Shown: positions 37,448-46,693 of the stretch, piece by piece
Layout of the letters: every line of letters starts with the position of its first letter
How positions within the stretch are numbered: the stretch's first letter is position 1
Source: an uncultured Bacillales bacterium
GTDB lineage: Bacteria > Bacillota_I > Bacilli_A > RFN20 > CAG-826
Direction: 5' to 3'
Length of the DNA: 64,000 nt
Assembly: GCA_902464635.1 (NCBI GenBank)
Contig: CABQKC010000008.1
Span: 1,521-65,520, forward strand
Notes under the pieces: model-generated
Told to the model about the DNA's origin: nothing
What the model saw: only the letters and a program-made list of their open reading frames with translations
Database searches by the model: none
Program-made: the position numbers and the translations under genes

Positions 37448-38947
37448 TTATAAATATTTAGCACTCAATTTGAGCAATTCTTCCTGGTTAGTTTCTTTTG
37501 TTTCCACAATTCCGCTAAGGTTATAGTTGCTCATGACGGCAATACGATTTGTAATACCAAGAATTTCAGGCATTTCGCTAGAAACAACGATACATGTCTT
37601 GCCTTGCTTGGCTAGGTTGATGATCAATTGGTATATTTCATATTTAGCACCGACGTCGATACCACGTGTCGGCTCATCAAGAAGGAGAAGGTCTGGAGAT
37701 GTTTCAAGCCATTTTCCAATGATGACTTTTTGTTGGTTTCCACCACTAAGAGCCATGATGTTGTCATCTGGTCCCATGCAGCGGGTATGCATCAATCTAA
37801 TTTCTTCTTCAGTCGATTCTTTCATCTTGGAATCGCTTAATGCAATCCCGTGGATGAATTTATCTAAGTTAGAAATGCATGTATTGAAGGTAAGGTCCAT
37901 CTTTGGGAAGATACCAGAGATCTTTCTTTCTTCGGTAAGATAGGCAAAATTATAATTAATCGCATCCCAAGGACCTTTGAAATCAAGTGGCTTTCCTTTG
38001 TAGATAATCTCGCCACTTCTAATGGTTCTTAATCCGAAGATTGTTTCAAGCAATTCGGTTCTACCTGCCCCAACTAATCCATAAATGCCAAATATTTCAC
38101 CTTTCCTTACTTTAAAGGAAATGTTATTTAGTTTTGGAACATAACGGGTACAAAGATCTTTTAATTCAAATATGACTTCGCCTGGAGTGTTATCGACTTT
38201 TGGGAAACGCTGGCTCAATGAACGCCCAACCATGGCAGAGACTAATTCTTCCATGCAAGTTTCCTTAGTAGGCTTAGTCATAATCATATTTCCATCACGG
38301 AGAACACTGACTTCGTCGCAAATCTCAAATATTTCATCCATTTTATGGGAAATATAAACAAACGAGACACCTTTATCTCTTAATGAGGAAACAATTGAGA
38401 ACAGCTTTCTTACTTCTCTTTCAGTTAAAGAGGAAGTCGGTTCATCTAATACGATTACTTTGGCGTTATAACTTACCGCCTTAGCGATTTCGACCATCTG
38501 TCTTTCGCTAACGCTCATTTTTCTCATTATAGTTTTTGGATTGATATCCATCTTCAAACGTGCAAAAAGCTCTTTGGCAGATCTTAGCATTTCAGCTTCG
38601 TCGACCAAACCGAATTTTGTTGGATACCTTCCTAAGAAGAGGTTATCGAGAATAGTACGGTCAAGGCATTGATTTAGTTCCTGGTGAACCATGGCCACGC
38701 CATTTTCGAGAGCGTCTTTAGGATCTTTGAAGTTGATATGCTTCCCATCGAGGACAATATCGCCTTCATCCATACTATAAATGCCGAAAAGACACTTCAT
38801 CATCGTGGACTTTCCAGCACCATTTTCACCCATTAAGCCAAGGACTGTACCTTTTTTGACTTCAAGATTAATGTCATGAAGGACTTTGTTTTTGCCAAAG
38901 CTTTTGGAGAGATGGTGTATTTCTAATATGTTAGTAGTTTCTTCCAT
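37448..38947 (-). CDS. mglA: Galactose/methyl-galactoside ABC transporter ATP-binding protein MglA (tandem NBDs)
   Basis: Long collinear matches to E. coli MglA as I remember it: MVHQELNQCLDRTILDNLFLGRYP, VLDEPTSSLTEREV, YISHKMDEIFEICDEVSVLRDG, LSGGNQQKVIIGKWL, LLDEPTRGIDVGAKYEIYQLI. Confidence 0.85.
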   Translation of the reverse strand: MEETTNILEIHHLSKSFGKNKVLHDINLEVKKGTVLGLMGENGAGKSTMMKCLFGIYSMDEGDIVLDGKHINFKDPKDALENGVAMVHQELNQCLDRTILDNLFLGRYPTKFGLVDEAEMLRSAKELFARLKMDINPKTIMRKMSVSERQMVEIAKAVSYNAKVIVLDEPTSSLTEREVRKLFSIVSSLRDKGVSFVYISHKMDEIFEICDEVSVLRDGNMIMTKPTKETCMEELVSAMVGRSLSQRFPKVDNTPGEVIFELKDLCTRYVPKLNNISFKVRKGEIFGIYGLVGAGRTELLETIFGLRTIRSGEIIYKGKPLDFKGPWDAINYNFAYLTEERKISGIFPKMDLTFNTCISNLDKFIHGIALSDSKMKESTEEEIRLMHTRCMGPDDNIMALSGGNQQKVIIGKWLETSPDLLLLDEPTRGIDVGAKYEIYQLIINLAKQGKTCIVVSSEMPEILGITNRIAVMSNYNLSGIVETKETNQEELLKLSAKYL

Positions 38948-38964
38948 ATGACCTCCTAAAAGAA

Positions 38965-38995
38965 GCGAGCGCCCAAATCCTATTTAGACGCTCGC
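38965..38995 (-). promoter_or_regulatory. Intercistronic stem-loop between mglB and mglA
   Basis: Minus strand reads GCGAGCG, 17-nt loop, CGCTCGC followed by TTCTTTT. This is the usual position for a partial terminator or stabiliser that raises binding-protein stoichiometry. Confidence 0.45.
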
Positions 38996-39016
38996 CCCAT
39001 ACTTACAAAGAAATTG

Positions 39017-40165
39017 TTATTTCTTCATGTTAGCATCGAACCAGTCGGTGATAACTTTTCCTTGGACTTCGCCTTGTCCGGTGGAACCAGTTCCAACGAA
39101 GTAGACATTATCAAGATTGGCAGCTGCTAAATTAGCAACATCAGAGCCAGTCTTTGGTTGACGGTTGAAGAAGACAGTTGGTTTGCCTTTCTTGGTGCAG
39201 GCACCACTTCCATCAAATTCGAATCCAGCAATCTTTAGGTATTCTTGCCAGGTTGAATGTTCTGGGATATTGAAGGCATAGGCATCAAAGGAGTCACTTT
39301 GATTGGCGTTCTTGACGGATTCAAGCATCTTGGAGTTGTCATTTTCGCCTTTTAATTCCTTATAAGATCCACCTAAAGCAGTAACATAATGTGGAAGGTC
39401 TTTGGCATAGGTTTCGCCGATGAAGTTATCTTTGGCGTCATATAGGCAATATAGGACCTTCTTTCCAGAGAGTAATCCAGTTGCAGTTGGAGTTACATAG
39501 CTTCCTGGAGCATATTGATTAGCATTAGCAGCAGTAACAGCGGCTAACTTGGTTTGAACGATATGGTCAGCAACGCCATCTTTATTTAATTCGGCGTTTC
39601 CATTATATCCTTCGGTGATGTCGGTCTTACCGGCGATTAAGTTGCCAAGTACTAAGGCGGTAGCATAGGCTTGGTCAGTTCCGTTTTGGGAAACAGATCC
39701 AGCTAATGTTCCTTCAACGATCATGTTACAGGCAGTCTTTAAAGCGTCAAATCCAACGATTGGGGTCTTCTTTTGAAGGGTTTGGACAGAGCTAGCAGCA
39801 ATGGCCATACCATCGTTATTAGAAACGACAAAGTCAATCTTGTCACCATGCTTGGTTACCCAGGTTTCCATTAAGACTTTGGCTTGGGTGTCGCTCCAAG
39901 AAGCACCAGATCCATCTTTGGAAGTGGTCTTTTCGAGCATTTTGGCTTTTAATCCATACTTAGCAGCAACTGCATCCATAGCAGCGATGCAGCCTTTGGT
40001 ACGGTCTTCGGCTTCTGGATTGCCATCTTCTCCAACGAGAACGACATAGCCAATTTCGCCATCAGCAACGTGAGTGGCTAAATCATATTCGGTTGAGGTG
40101 TTGCCGCAAGAAGCAAGTAAGCTCATGCTAGCAAGAGCAAATAATGGAATTAAATGTTTTTTCAT
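39017..40165 (-). CDS. mglB: Glucose/galactose-binding lipoprotein, circularly permuted MglB (MglB-2-like topology)
   Basis: Lipobox LLASC. Residues ~35-180 align with the second half of E. coli MglB (GEDGNPEAEDRT / GEPGHPDAEART; SNNDGMAIAA / ANNDAMAMGA; LAGSVSQNGTDQA / LAGTVLNDANNQA). Residues ~235-380 align with the first half (LYDAKDNF / YKYDDNF; VFFNRQP / VFFNKEP; YFVGTGSTGQGEVQG / YYVGTDSKESGIIQG). Confidence 0.8.
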   Translation of the reverse strand: MKKHLIPLFALASMSLLASCGNTSTEYDLATHVADGEIGYVVLVGEDGNPEAEDRTKGCIAAMDAVAAKYGLKAKMLEKTTSKDGSGASWSDTQAKVLMETWVTKHGDKIDFVVSNNDGMAIAASSVQTLQKKTPIVGFDALKTACNMIVEGTLAGSVSQNGTDQAYATALVLGNLIAGKTDITEGYNGNAELNKDGVADHIVQTKLAAVTAANANQYAPGSYVTPTATGLLSGKKVLYCLYDAKDNFIGETYAKDLPHYVTALGGSYKELKGENDNSKMLESVKNANQSDSFDAYAFNIPEHSTWQEYLKIAGFEFDGSGACTKKGKPTVFFNRQPKTGSDVANLAAANLDNVYFVGTGSTGQGEVQGKVITDWFDANMKK

Positions 40166-40242
40166 GTTTTCCTCCTTTAATCCCTAATTGTGGCGGCACT
40201 TCAACAAGAACGACACCGCCTTTTATTAACTCTATTTTGTCT

Positions 40243-40256
40243 AGAAAGCGCTTTCA
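40243..40256 (-). promoter_or_regulatory. Catabolite-responsive element (cre) candidate in the mglB upstream region
   Basis: Minus strand TGAAAGCGCTTTCT against cre consensus TGWAANCGNTNWCA. The core GAAAGCGCTTTC is a perfect 12-bp palindrome. It lies 78-91 nt upstream of the mglB ATG. Confidence 0.5.
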
Positions 40257-40316
40257 AAAGAATGGAAAAAACTCTAAAAAATTTAGAATAAAATACTATC
40301 TTAAACTAGCAAAAGC

Positions 40317-41327
40317 CTAGTTATTCCTAGTTATTTTAGTACCTTTTACATAGTAAAAATTATCGTTTATCTTGATTTCTTCTCCATAAATAGGAAGAGG
40401 AGTATTTTCAACTATATTCAAATAGATATCGGATAAAATCTTGGCTTGGTTATAGGCATCATTAAGCACAGTTCCTAATAAATATCCATCCTTGACTGCT
40501 TGCTTTCCAGTCTCTGTTCCATCTACTCCTAATATAGGGAAGAATTGATCAATGAAAGGAGTATTTATTTCCATTTTTTCCTTTAGATATTCAACTGCGC
40601 CTAAAGCCATTTCATCATTATTGCATAACAAGAGCTCTACATTCTCGCCATTTAGGTACATCTTTTTCATCTCTTCATAGGCAAGACTTTTTTCCCAATC
40701 GCAATAACTAACATTAATCAAGTCGACTTTAAATCCTAATGTCCTAAGTTTTTCTAAAGCGTATTTACTTCTATTCTCGGCATCTTGATGGGAAAGTTCT
40801 CCTCTAAATAAGGCGACCTGCAATTTGCCATCGTTATTCTTGTCAAATCTAGAAGAAGGGAAATTGGATGCTTCTCCAAAATAAATAGAGGCAATCTCAG
40901 ATTGGGCTTCGCCTTGGTAAGTGCTATCGGCACCTACATAATATATATTTTCTTTAGCCCAGCTATTCTTCGTACAGTCTTCTTTAAGGGGTTCTCTATT
41001 AATAAACAATACAGGGGTATCTTCTTTTTCGGCTTTTTCAATAATCATAGATGCACTTAATCTATCTACGACATTAATAATTAATGGGTTTTTTGGATTT
41101 AATTCCAATTCCTTCCCTATCTGGGTATTTTGGGTGCTTTGTTTCCTTGAAGCGTTATATGTAGTAACTTCATATCCTCTTTCCTTTAAGGCCAAAGAGA
41201 ATTCATCTTTTAAAGAAGACATGAAATTGTCGTTTAGATCATAAATAAAGAAACACGGGTTTACTTTAGCCTCGCCACAGGAAAGCAAAAGAAGAGGCAA
41301 GAATATTAAATTAGTTTTATTTTTCAT
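40317..41327 (-). CDS. MglB-like sugar-binding lipoprotein with canonical topology, probable sensor partner of the adjacent kinase
   Basis: Lipobox LLLLSC. Collinear with E. coli MglB: IYDLNDNFMSSL, VLFINREP, YYVGADSTYQGEAQ, NNDGKLQVALFRGELSHQDAENR, CNNDEMALGAVEYLK, LGTVLNDAYNQAK. Overlaps the kinase gene by 11 nt. Confidence 0.75.
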   Translation of the reverse strand: MKNKTNLIFLPLLLLSCGEAKVNPCFFIYDLNDNFMSSLKDEFSLALKERGYEVTTYNASRKQSTQNTQIGKELELNPKNPLIINVVDRLSASMIIEKAEKEDTPVLFINREPLKEDCTKNSWAKENIYYVGADSTYQGEAQSEIASIYFGEASNFPSSRFDKNNDGKLQVALFRGELSHQDAENRSKYALEKLRTLGFKVDLINVSYCDWEKSLAYEEMKKMYLNGENVELLLCNNDEMALGAVEYLKEKMEINTPFIDQFFPILGVDGTETGKQAVKDGYLLGTVLNDAYNQAKILSDIYLNIVENTPLPIYGEEIKINDNFYYVKGTKITRNN

Positions 41328-43041
41328 GTTCCCCTCCTTCTGGGATTATCAAGGTAATTGTCGTACCTATATCCAAAGCACTTTCGATTTTCATATCGGC
41401 TTTGTTCCCATAATAGACACGTAGACGCATATAGACATTCTTCAATCCAACCCCTTTAGAAGTAGATTCATCTTTTAATGAATTCTCTAAAGCGAGGCGG
41501 GTTTCTTCTATCATTCCATATCCATTATCGGAAATAGATAGATACACGTATCCATTATCTTTATATCCTTTGACTTTAATTAACCCCACTTCCCCTTCTT
41601 TTAAACCGTGGTTAATAGAATTCTCGATTATAGGTTGGAGGACTAATTTAACTATATCCATATCAAGGATATCTTCACTTACATCAAAACTATAATCGAA
41701 AGCATCCCCAAACCTAAGTTTCTGGATTAATAGATAATTCTTCGCATGTTCTATTTCTTTTCTTAAAGGGATGATGTTTTTCCCTTTGGAAATAGAAATC
41801 CTAAAGAACCTAGAAAGGGCAACAATCATTTCTTCGGCCTTGTCATTTTCTTTTTCTTCAATAAGGGCAAGAATGCTATCTAAGGTGTTATAAAGGAAAT
41901 GAGGATTAATCTGGTTTTGAAGGGCAAGGAGTTCGCTTTTCCTTTGCTCTTCTTTTTCAAATATTAGTTTCTTAGTTAAATCATCAATCCTATCAATAAG
42001 GGCAATGAAGGAATTATCTAATTCAACAATTTCTTTTGACCCCTCAATATTCAAATGCTTGGAAGGAAGTTCTTCTAAGGATACTATTTGGCTCATCTTT
42101 GAACTTAATAACAAAATTGGCTTTACTGATTTTCTTGATACAAGCAAGAAAATAAAAGCAGAAACCAATGCTAAAGCCACCCCGATTAGCGTTGTATATA
42201 AGGTGAAATTAGATATAGCAACATGGACGGCATCGTTATTTAAAAAGACGCCTAATCTCCAAGATGTTGAAGATATAGTAGATGCAAAAACAAAGAAAGA
42301 ATGGTCGCCTAGATTATAATTACCTACTCCCATTACTAGGTTTTGTAATATCCCCTTCTTAGCATCAAAATCGCTAGGCAAAGAAGAATATACTTCTCTA
42401 TATTCCTTATCATAAATTAAGAAGCTGCTTCCTTCTCCTAAAGCTGTCTCGCTTAAGACATTTACGATTTGATTGAAACTAAAATCAATACGTATAACTG
42501 CATCAAAAGAAGAATCCCTATCGTAACTAGCATATCTAGAAAGAGTAAACATATATGGGTAGACAGGATTTGGAATAGAAGGAAGAGTAAGAATAGGTAT
42601 TAATTTATTCTCGTTACTGGAAAATGTTTGTTTAAACCATCCTTCGTTTTTAGCGTTGCTACTTGCTTCTATTTTCCCTGCGCTAGTAATCAAAGCCCCA
42701 TCATTTGCGCTATAGATAGATGTTCCTATTACTTCTTCTTTTAAAGACAATAAACCTGAGAAAGTCGCATCCATCTTTACTTTAAAAGAAGACGGGTCAT
42801 CAGTTTCGTTAAAAGAAGAAATAACTACATCGCTATTTTTAAATATCTGCGAGAAATAGGCATCATAAGTGCCTAATAATTGTTCTCCTGTAGTCCTTAG
42901 GTTTTGATTTGAAGTGGTCTCAACGTTTTCTTTGTAGATGAAATTAGCGCTAGCGACAATAGAGCCAACCAAAATAACTAGAATCAGTTCTAGAGGTAAT
43001 AACAATGAAAAATATAATGACTTTGGTTTCCTTTTCTTCAT
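41317..43041 (-). CDS. Sensor histidine kinase, YesM/LytS-type (two TM, extracellular domain, HAMP, PF06580 H-box, HATPase)
   Basis: LQNQINPHFLYNTLDSI is the H-box. LVLQPIIENSINHG is the N box. SDNGYGM and KGVGLKNV are G boxes. Confidence 0.85.
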   Translation of the reverse strand: MKKRKPKSLYFSLLLPLELILVILVGSIVASANFIYKENVETTSNQNLRTTGEQLLGTYDAYFSQIFKNSDVVISSFNETDDPSSFKVKMDATFSGLLSLKEEVIGTSIYSANDGALITSAGKIEASSNAKNEGWFKQTFSSNENKLIPILTLPSIPNPVYPYMFTLSRYASYDRDSSFDAVIRIDFSFNQIVNVLSETALGEGSSFLIYDKEYREVYSSLPSDFDAKKGILQNLVMGVGNYNLGDHSFFVFASTISSTSWRLGVFLNNDAVHVAISNFTLYTTLIGVALALVSAFIFLLVSRKSVKPILLLSSKMSQIVSLEELPSKHLNIEGSKEIVELDNSFIALIDRIDDLTKKLIFEKEEQRKSELLALQNQINPHFLYNTLDSILALIEEKENDKAEEMIVALSRFFRISISKGKNIIPLRKEIEHAKNYLLIQKLRFGDAFDYSFDVSEDILDMDIVKLVLQPIIENSINHGLKEGEVGLIKVKGYKDNGYVYLSISDNGYGMIEETRLALENSLKDESTSKGVGLKNVYMRLRVYYGNKADMKIESALDIGTTITLIIPEGGEHEK

Positions 43042-44630
43042 TGTTTACGGAACTCCAAAGGTGACATTCCAAAGCATTTCTTAAAGCAATGGGAGAAATA
43101 ATATGGGTCATCATATCCAATGTCATGAGCAATCTGGGCCATCTTAATATTTGGATCAGAAAGAAGGCGTTTAGCTTCTTCCATTCTTCTATTGGTCAAT
43201 AATTTAGTAAAGGTAGTCCCGTGTTTTTTTAAAATCGCGAATATATAGGAAGAAGAATACCCCAACTCACTTGAAAGAGATTCAATAGAAACGGAGCTAT
43301 TCGCATAATTGAAATCAATATATTTCTTAATTAGGATAAAAGCGTTATCTAACCCACTTATACGTGCCCCATTATTGATTTCTAGGACCATATCGATAAG
43401 TTCATCAAAGAAATCACATGTCGATTCTAATCCCTTTTTTGAATAAAGTTCATTGATTAATGCTACATGGGGTCGATGTGTTGCATATAACTTATCCAAG
43501 GCTATGCAACTTTTTAACATGGAATCAAATAGGTTGTTAATGATTAAAGAATAGGAATCCTTGTAATCAATGCTTCCTAGTTTCTCTATTAGTTTCCTGC
43601 TTAATTCTTTTGCTTCTTCTTTTTTGCCATAAAGCAAGGCATAACCGATGTTTTTGAAATCATTATCATCAACTTTGCCTAGCCCCGCCTGGCGGAATGC
43701 TAAATCATCATAGAAAAGAAGAAGCCCTTCGCCCATGATGGTCCTATATTCCAAAACCCATCTAGTATGTCTAAATAATCTTCTATAGCTAAACCCTTCT
43801 TCCCCCATATGGCTAGATTCGCTAACCGCACAAGAAAAACTTAACCCACAGCTTCTTTTAATCTTAGCCAATACAAAAGATAACTTTCCTTCTAATTCGT
43901 CTCTAGTAAGAGGCTTGTCGCTTACAAAAAGAACACCTAATGATGAAGATGGTTCAAAAGTAAAGAAGGATAAAGAATCCTTAAAAGCAGTATTTAGATT
44001 CTCTTCTAGATAGAACCTAGATAATTCAATATCTTCATAAGTAAGAGATTCTTCTTCCTTATCTGAATCAAATAAGGCAATAGAAATGTATTTATCTTTT
44101 AAATCAATCCCGTCTGCTTCTAATTTTTCTAATAATTTGTCTGGGATAGTTTTCAAGGTACATAACCTTAATAAATCAGCATTCTGTTCTACTTTCCTTA
44201 ATGTCTGCCTATGTTCTTGTAGTTTCTTGATGTCTCTATTTATATCTTTTGATTTATCTAGCCTTTCTTTAGCCTTGGCTAACGCTTGACGTAATTCTTC
44301 AAAAGATAACGGCTTAGATAGATAAGCAACGGCATCTAGATTAATCGCTTGCTTAGCAAAATCAAAATCATCAAAGCCAGAAAGAATTATTATTTGAAGC
44401 AATGGGTGCGTTTCTTTTAGGGTTTTAGCTAATTCAAGACCTGTAATAAAAGGCATCTTGATATCAGTTATAAGCAAATCCAAATCAGTTAATGATACCC
44501 CTGCTTCTAAAGCGTCATAACCATTTTGGTATGATCCAATAACTTCAAAGTCTTCTTTTTGTTTTTCTAGTAATGAAAGCAGGCGATTTCTAACTGCCTC
44601 TTCATCGTCGGCAATAATGATTTTATACAT
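43038..44630 (-). CDS. YesN-type response regulator (receiver + AraC-family HTH)
   Basis: MYKIIIADDE...LITDIKMP...IIILSG is the receiver. The C-terminal AQIAHDIGYDDPYYFSHCFKKCFGMSPLEFR is an AraC HTH. Confidence 0.85.
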   Translation of the reverse strand: MYKIIIADDEEAVRNRLLSLLEKQKEDFEVIGSYQNGYDALEAGVSLTDLDLLITDIKMPFITGLELAKTLKETHPLLQIIILSGFDDFDFAKQAINLDAVAYLSKPLSFEELRQALAKAKERLDKSKDINRDIKKLQEHRQTLRKVEQNADLLRLCTLKTIPDKLLEKLEADGIDLKDKYISIALFDSDKEEESLTYEDIELSRFYLEENLNTAFKDSLSFFTFEPSSSLGVLFVSDKPLTRDELEGKLSFVLAKIKRSCGLSFSCAVSESSHMGEEGFSYRRLFRHTRWVLEYRTIMGEGLLLFYDDLAFRQAGLGKVDDNDFKNIGYALLYGKKEEAKELSRKLIEKLGSIDYKDSYSLIINNLFDSMLKSCIALDKLYATHRPHVALINELYSKKGLESTCDFFDELIDMVLEINNGARISGLDNAFILIKKYIDFNYANSSVSIESLSSELGYSSSYIFAILKKHGTTFTKLLTNRRMEEAKRLLSDPNIKMAQIAHDIGYDDPYYFSHCFKKCFGMSPLEFRKQ

Positions 44631-44711
44631 AGGTTAATAATATAGCATTTCGATTACAAAATAATCAAAAAGCTATTAATTAACTTAAATTATAGATACA
44701 TGCTGGATAGA

Positions 44712-45614
44712 TTATTTCTTTTTTATCCTATAGATACCTTTATCTACTAGTTTGGGATAAGAAGTCTTGTTTATCACTTTGTCGAATACATATGTTGAAT
44801 AAATGTAGAAAAGAAGAAATCCTAGAGGAAAATAAAGAAGGAAATATAAAGCCAAGGTTATAAGAACAACATATAAGTTGCCTAATAACAAAAGGAATAA
44901 GGGAGCGATTAAAACCAAAGAGAAACCTAATGTTGGTAAAGATGATGCGAAATATAACAAATAGCCATTTCTAAAATTAACCCACATAGAATTTTTATAA
45001 ATCGGGGTAGAGCAAATCGATAATAAGAAAGAAGGCATTATAAAGATAAAAAGCAATATCAACGGGGCAAAAAACGCCATTGTGGAAACAAAACCTTTTG
45101 ATCCGCTAGAAAGAAGGAAGATTACTAAAATATTCGATAAAGTAAATATAAAGGAAGTTAACAAAACCAAAATAAAGGTTTGCCCTATGTTTTCTTTTAT
45201 TCCTTTAAAGAAATCGGCTTTGAAATCTAACATTTCATAATAAACCATTATCTTAAATATTTTTTCTAGCCCTGCTAAAGGAATAGAAAGAAGTAATAAA
45301 CACAATAGATTAGCGATACTAAAGGCAACGTTAAGAATGAATAGATTTGAATGATATATTCCCGCTTCTATTTTTCCTTCTAAATAAGAAGCATATAAAG
45401 ATGAAGACATTATGTTTAAGCCTAGAATTGAAGCAATTAAAGGCAAAGAGAACAAAAACATAATCGCCCCACTAATAAGCAATGCTCTCCACCTAGATTT
45501 AAATAAATCGGCGAAGACCTCTACCCTATTATGAGGCAAATTCTCGATTGTAAAATCCTTGTTAGAATAATTTACAAATATACTATTTTTCTTCTTTCCC
45601 TTATTCTTTTTCAT
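44712..45614 (-). CDS. DUF624/YesL-family integral membrane protein (module copy 2, gene 4)
   Basis: NRVEVFADLFKSRWRALLISG motif and about six TM helices. The ATG is embedded in Tyr-Glu codons near the end of the upstream gene. Confidence 0.7.
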   Translation of the reverse strand: MKKNKGKKKNSIFVNYSNKDFTIENLPHNRVEVFADLFKSRWRALLISGAIMFLFSLPLIASILGLNIMSSSLYASYLEGKIEAGIYHSNLFILNVAFSIANLLCLLLLSIPLAGLEKIFKIMVYYEMLDFKADFFKGIKENIGQTFILVLLTSFIFTLSNILVIFLLSSGSKGFVSTMAFFAPLILLFIFIMPSFLLSICSTPIYKNSMWVNFRNGYLLYFASSLPTLGFSLVLIAPLFLLLLGNLYVVLITLALYFLLYFPLGFLLFYIYSTYVFDKVINKTSYPKLVDKGIYRIKKK

Positions 45615-46221
45615 AATTTAGCAAAGCCCTTGCTGCTTTTACACCGTTATCGGTCTTCCCATTAGTATCTTTATGAAACGACATGTTGTTCATAGATGTC
45701 TTATTAAATACAAGGATATATTCCTTGCTTAATTCATCTTCATAACTGATGAAATCATTTAAAAACAATGAACCATCTTCTTTAAATAATTTAAGCCCAT
45801 ATGTTTTAGAATCAAGGGAATAACAGTCGTATTTATCCCCAAATGTTTCTTTTAGAAGGCTTTCATCTATCTCTAAACATAATGAGGAAATAATGTTCTT
45901 ATCAAAATATCCAATAGGCAAAAGAAAGAAGTCACAAGAATGTTGCCCAACCGAAGATATCATTGTCCCAAACAAAGAATAAGAAGGATCGCTAGTATAG
46001 ACATCTATTTGCTTTATTGTCTCTATTTCTTCCTTTTCGATAACGGAGGTAAATAAAGATTCATCCCCACTTTTTACGCCAACAAAAATGCCTACTTTTT
46101 CATTTGCTTTATATCTAACTTTTGCAGGAACTAACCAAGTCCATAAAGCAATTGATAAAACAATCAAAAGCAAATAGACAAAGCCGTATCTAAATATGTG
46201 ACGCCTAATAGATTTATTCAT
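45601..46221 (-). CDS. N-terminally membrane-anchored protein with external domain (module copy 2, gene 3)
   Basis: MNKSIRRHIFRYG plus one TM helix. Blocks shared with 3512-4120: K-V-x-(M/I)-(L/F)-(I/V)-G-(A/V)-K after the TM anchor, D(I/F)x(I/L)(I/L)P, and (K/T)YG(I/L)K(I/L). Confidence 0.6.
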   Translation of the reverse strand: MNKSIRRHIFRYGFVYLLLIVLSIALWTWLVPAKVRYKANEKVGIFVGVKSGDESLFTSVIEKEEIETIKQIDVYTSDPSYSLFGTMISSVGQHSCDFFLLPIGYFDKNIISSLCLEIDESLLKETFGDKYDCYSLDSKTYGLKLFKEDGSLFLNDFISYEDELSKEYILVFNKTSMNNMSFHKDTNGKTDNGVKAARALLNYEKE

Positions 46222-46693
46222 ATTTGATTGATGTCACATATCGATTTTGAATACGTGCCTCCACTATTTTCTTGTTTTCTATACATGGAATTAATCTTTT
46301 TTCTATATAGAAAGATTTTGTTTTTCCTTCACTAACTATCTTGAATGTAACAAATTCAACCTCATGAACAAATATAGAAATATCTTCAATTTCAAATGAT
46401 TCAATTTGATAGGTTGAAATCGATACTTTTCTTATTTCCTTAATCAGGGATAACTTTCCAATTAAAGGAGCTAGATAATATGTTCCTATAAAAAACAAGC
46501 TACATAGAAGCAAAGAGAAAAAGAGGCATAGAAGAACTTCATAAACTACATAATTGCTTCTATTAGCAAGGAAATAAAATAACAAAGATATCCCTATTCC
46601 AAAAAGAAGAACGATACCCATGATTATAGAAACAAGCTTAATCCTGCTTCTAACCTTAATTTCTTCTTCTTGAGAATAGAACTTACTTTCCAT
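46214..46693 (-). CDS. 2-TM hairpin protein with beta-rich cytoplasmic C-terminal domain (module copy 2, gene 2)
   Basis: The ATG at 46693 (MESKFYSQ) gives 159 aa, the same as copy 1. Same topology and the same Y-E C-terminal end. The ORF-track start at 46744 would overlap the ATPase gene by 62 nt. Confidence 0.6.
   Translation of the reverse strand: MESKFYSQEEEIKVRSRIKLVSIIMGIVLLFGIGISLLFYFLANRSNYVVYEVLLCLFFSLLLCSLFFIGTYYLAPLIGKLSLIKEIRKVSISTYQIESFEIEDISIFVHEVEFVTFKIVSEGKTKSFYIEKRLIPCIENKKIVEARIQNRYVTSIKYE

Noticed and set aside
40192-40220. GGCGG...CCGCC inverted repeat followed by TTTTATT on the plus strand upstream of mglB, considered as a terminator.
   Set aside because: The stem is only 5 bp with a 19-nt loop. 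The T-run is on the plus strand, where no gene is transcribed. It is more likely part of the mglB 5' UTR or a chance feature.
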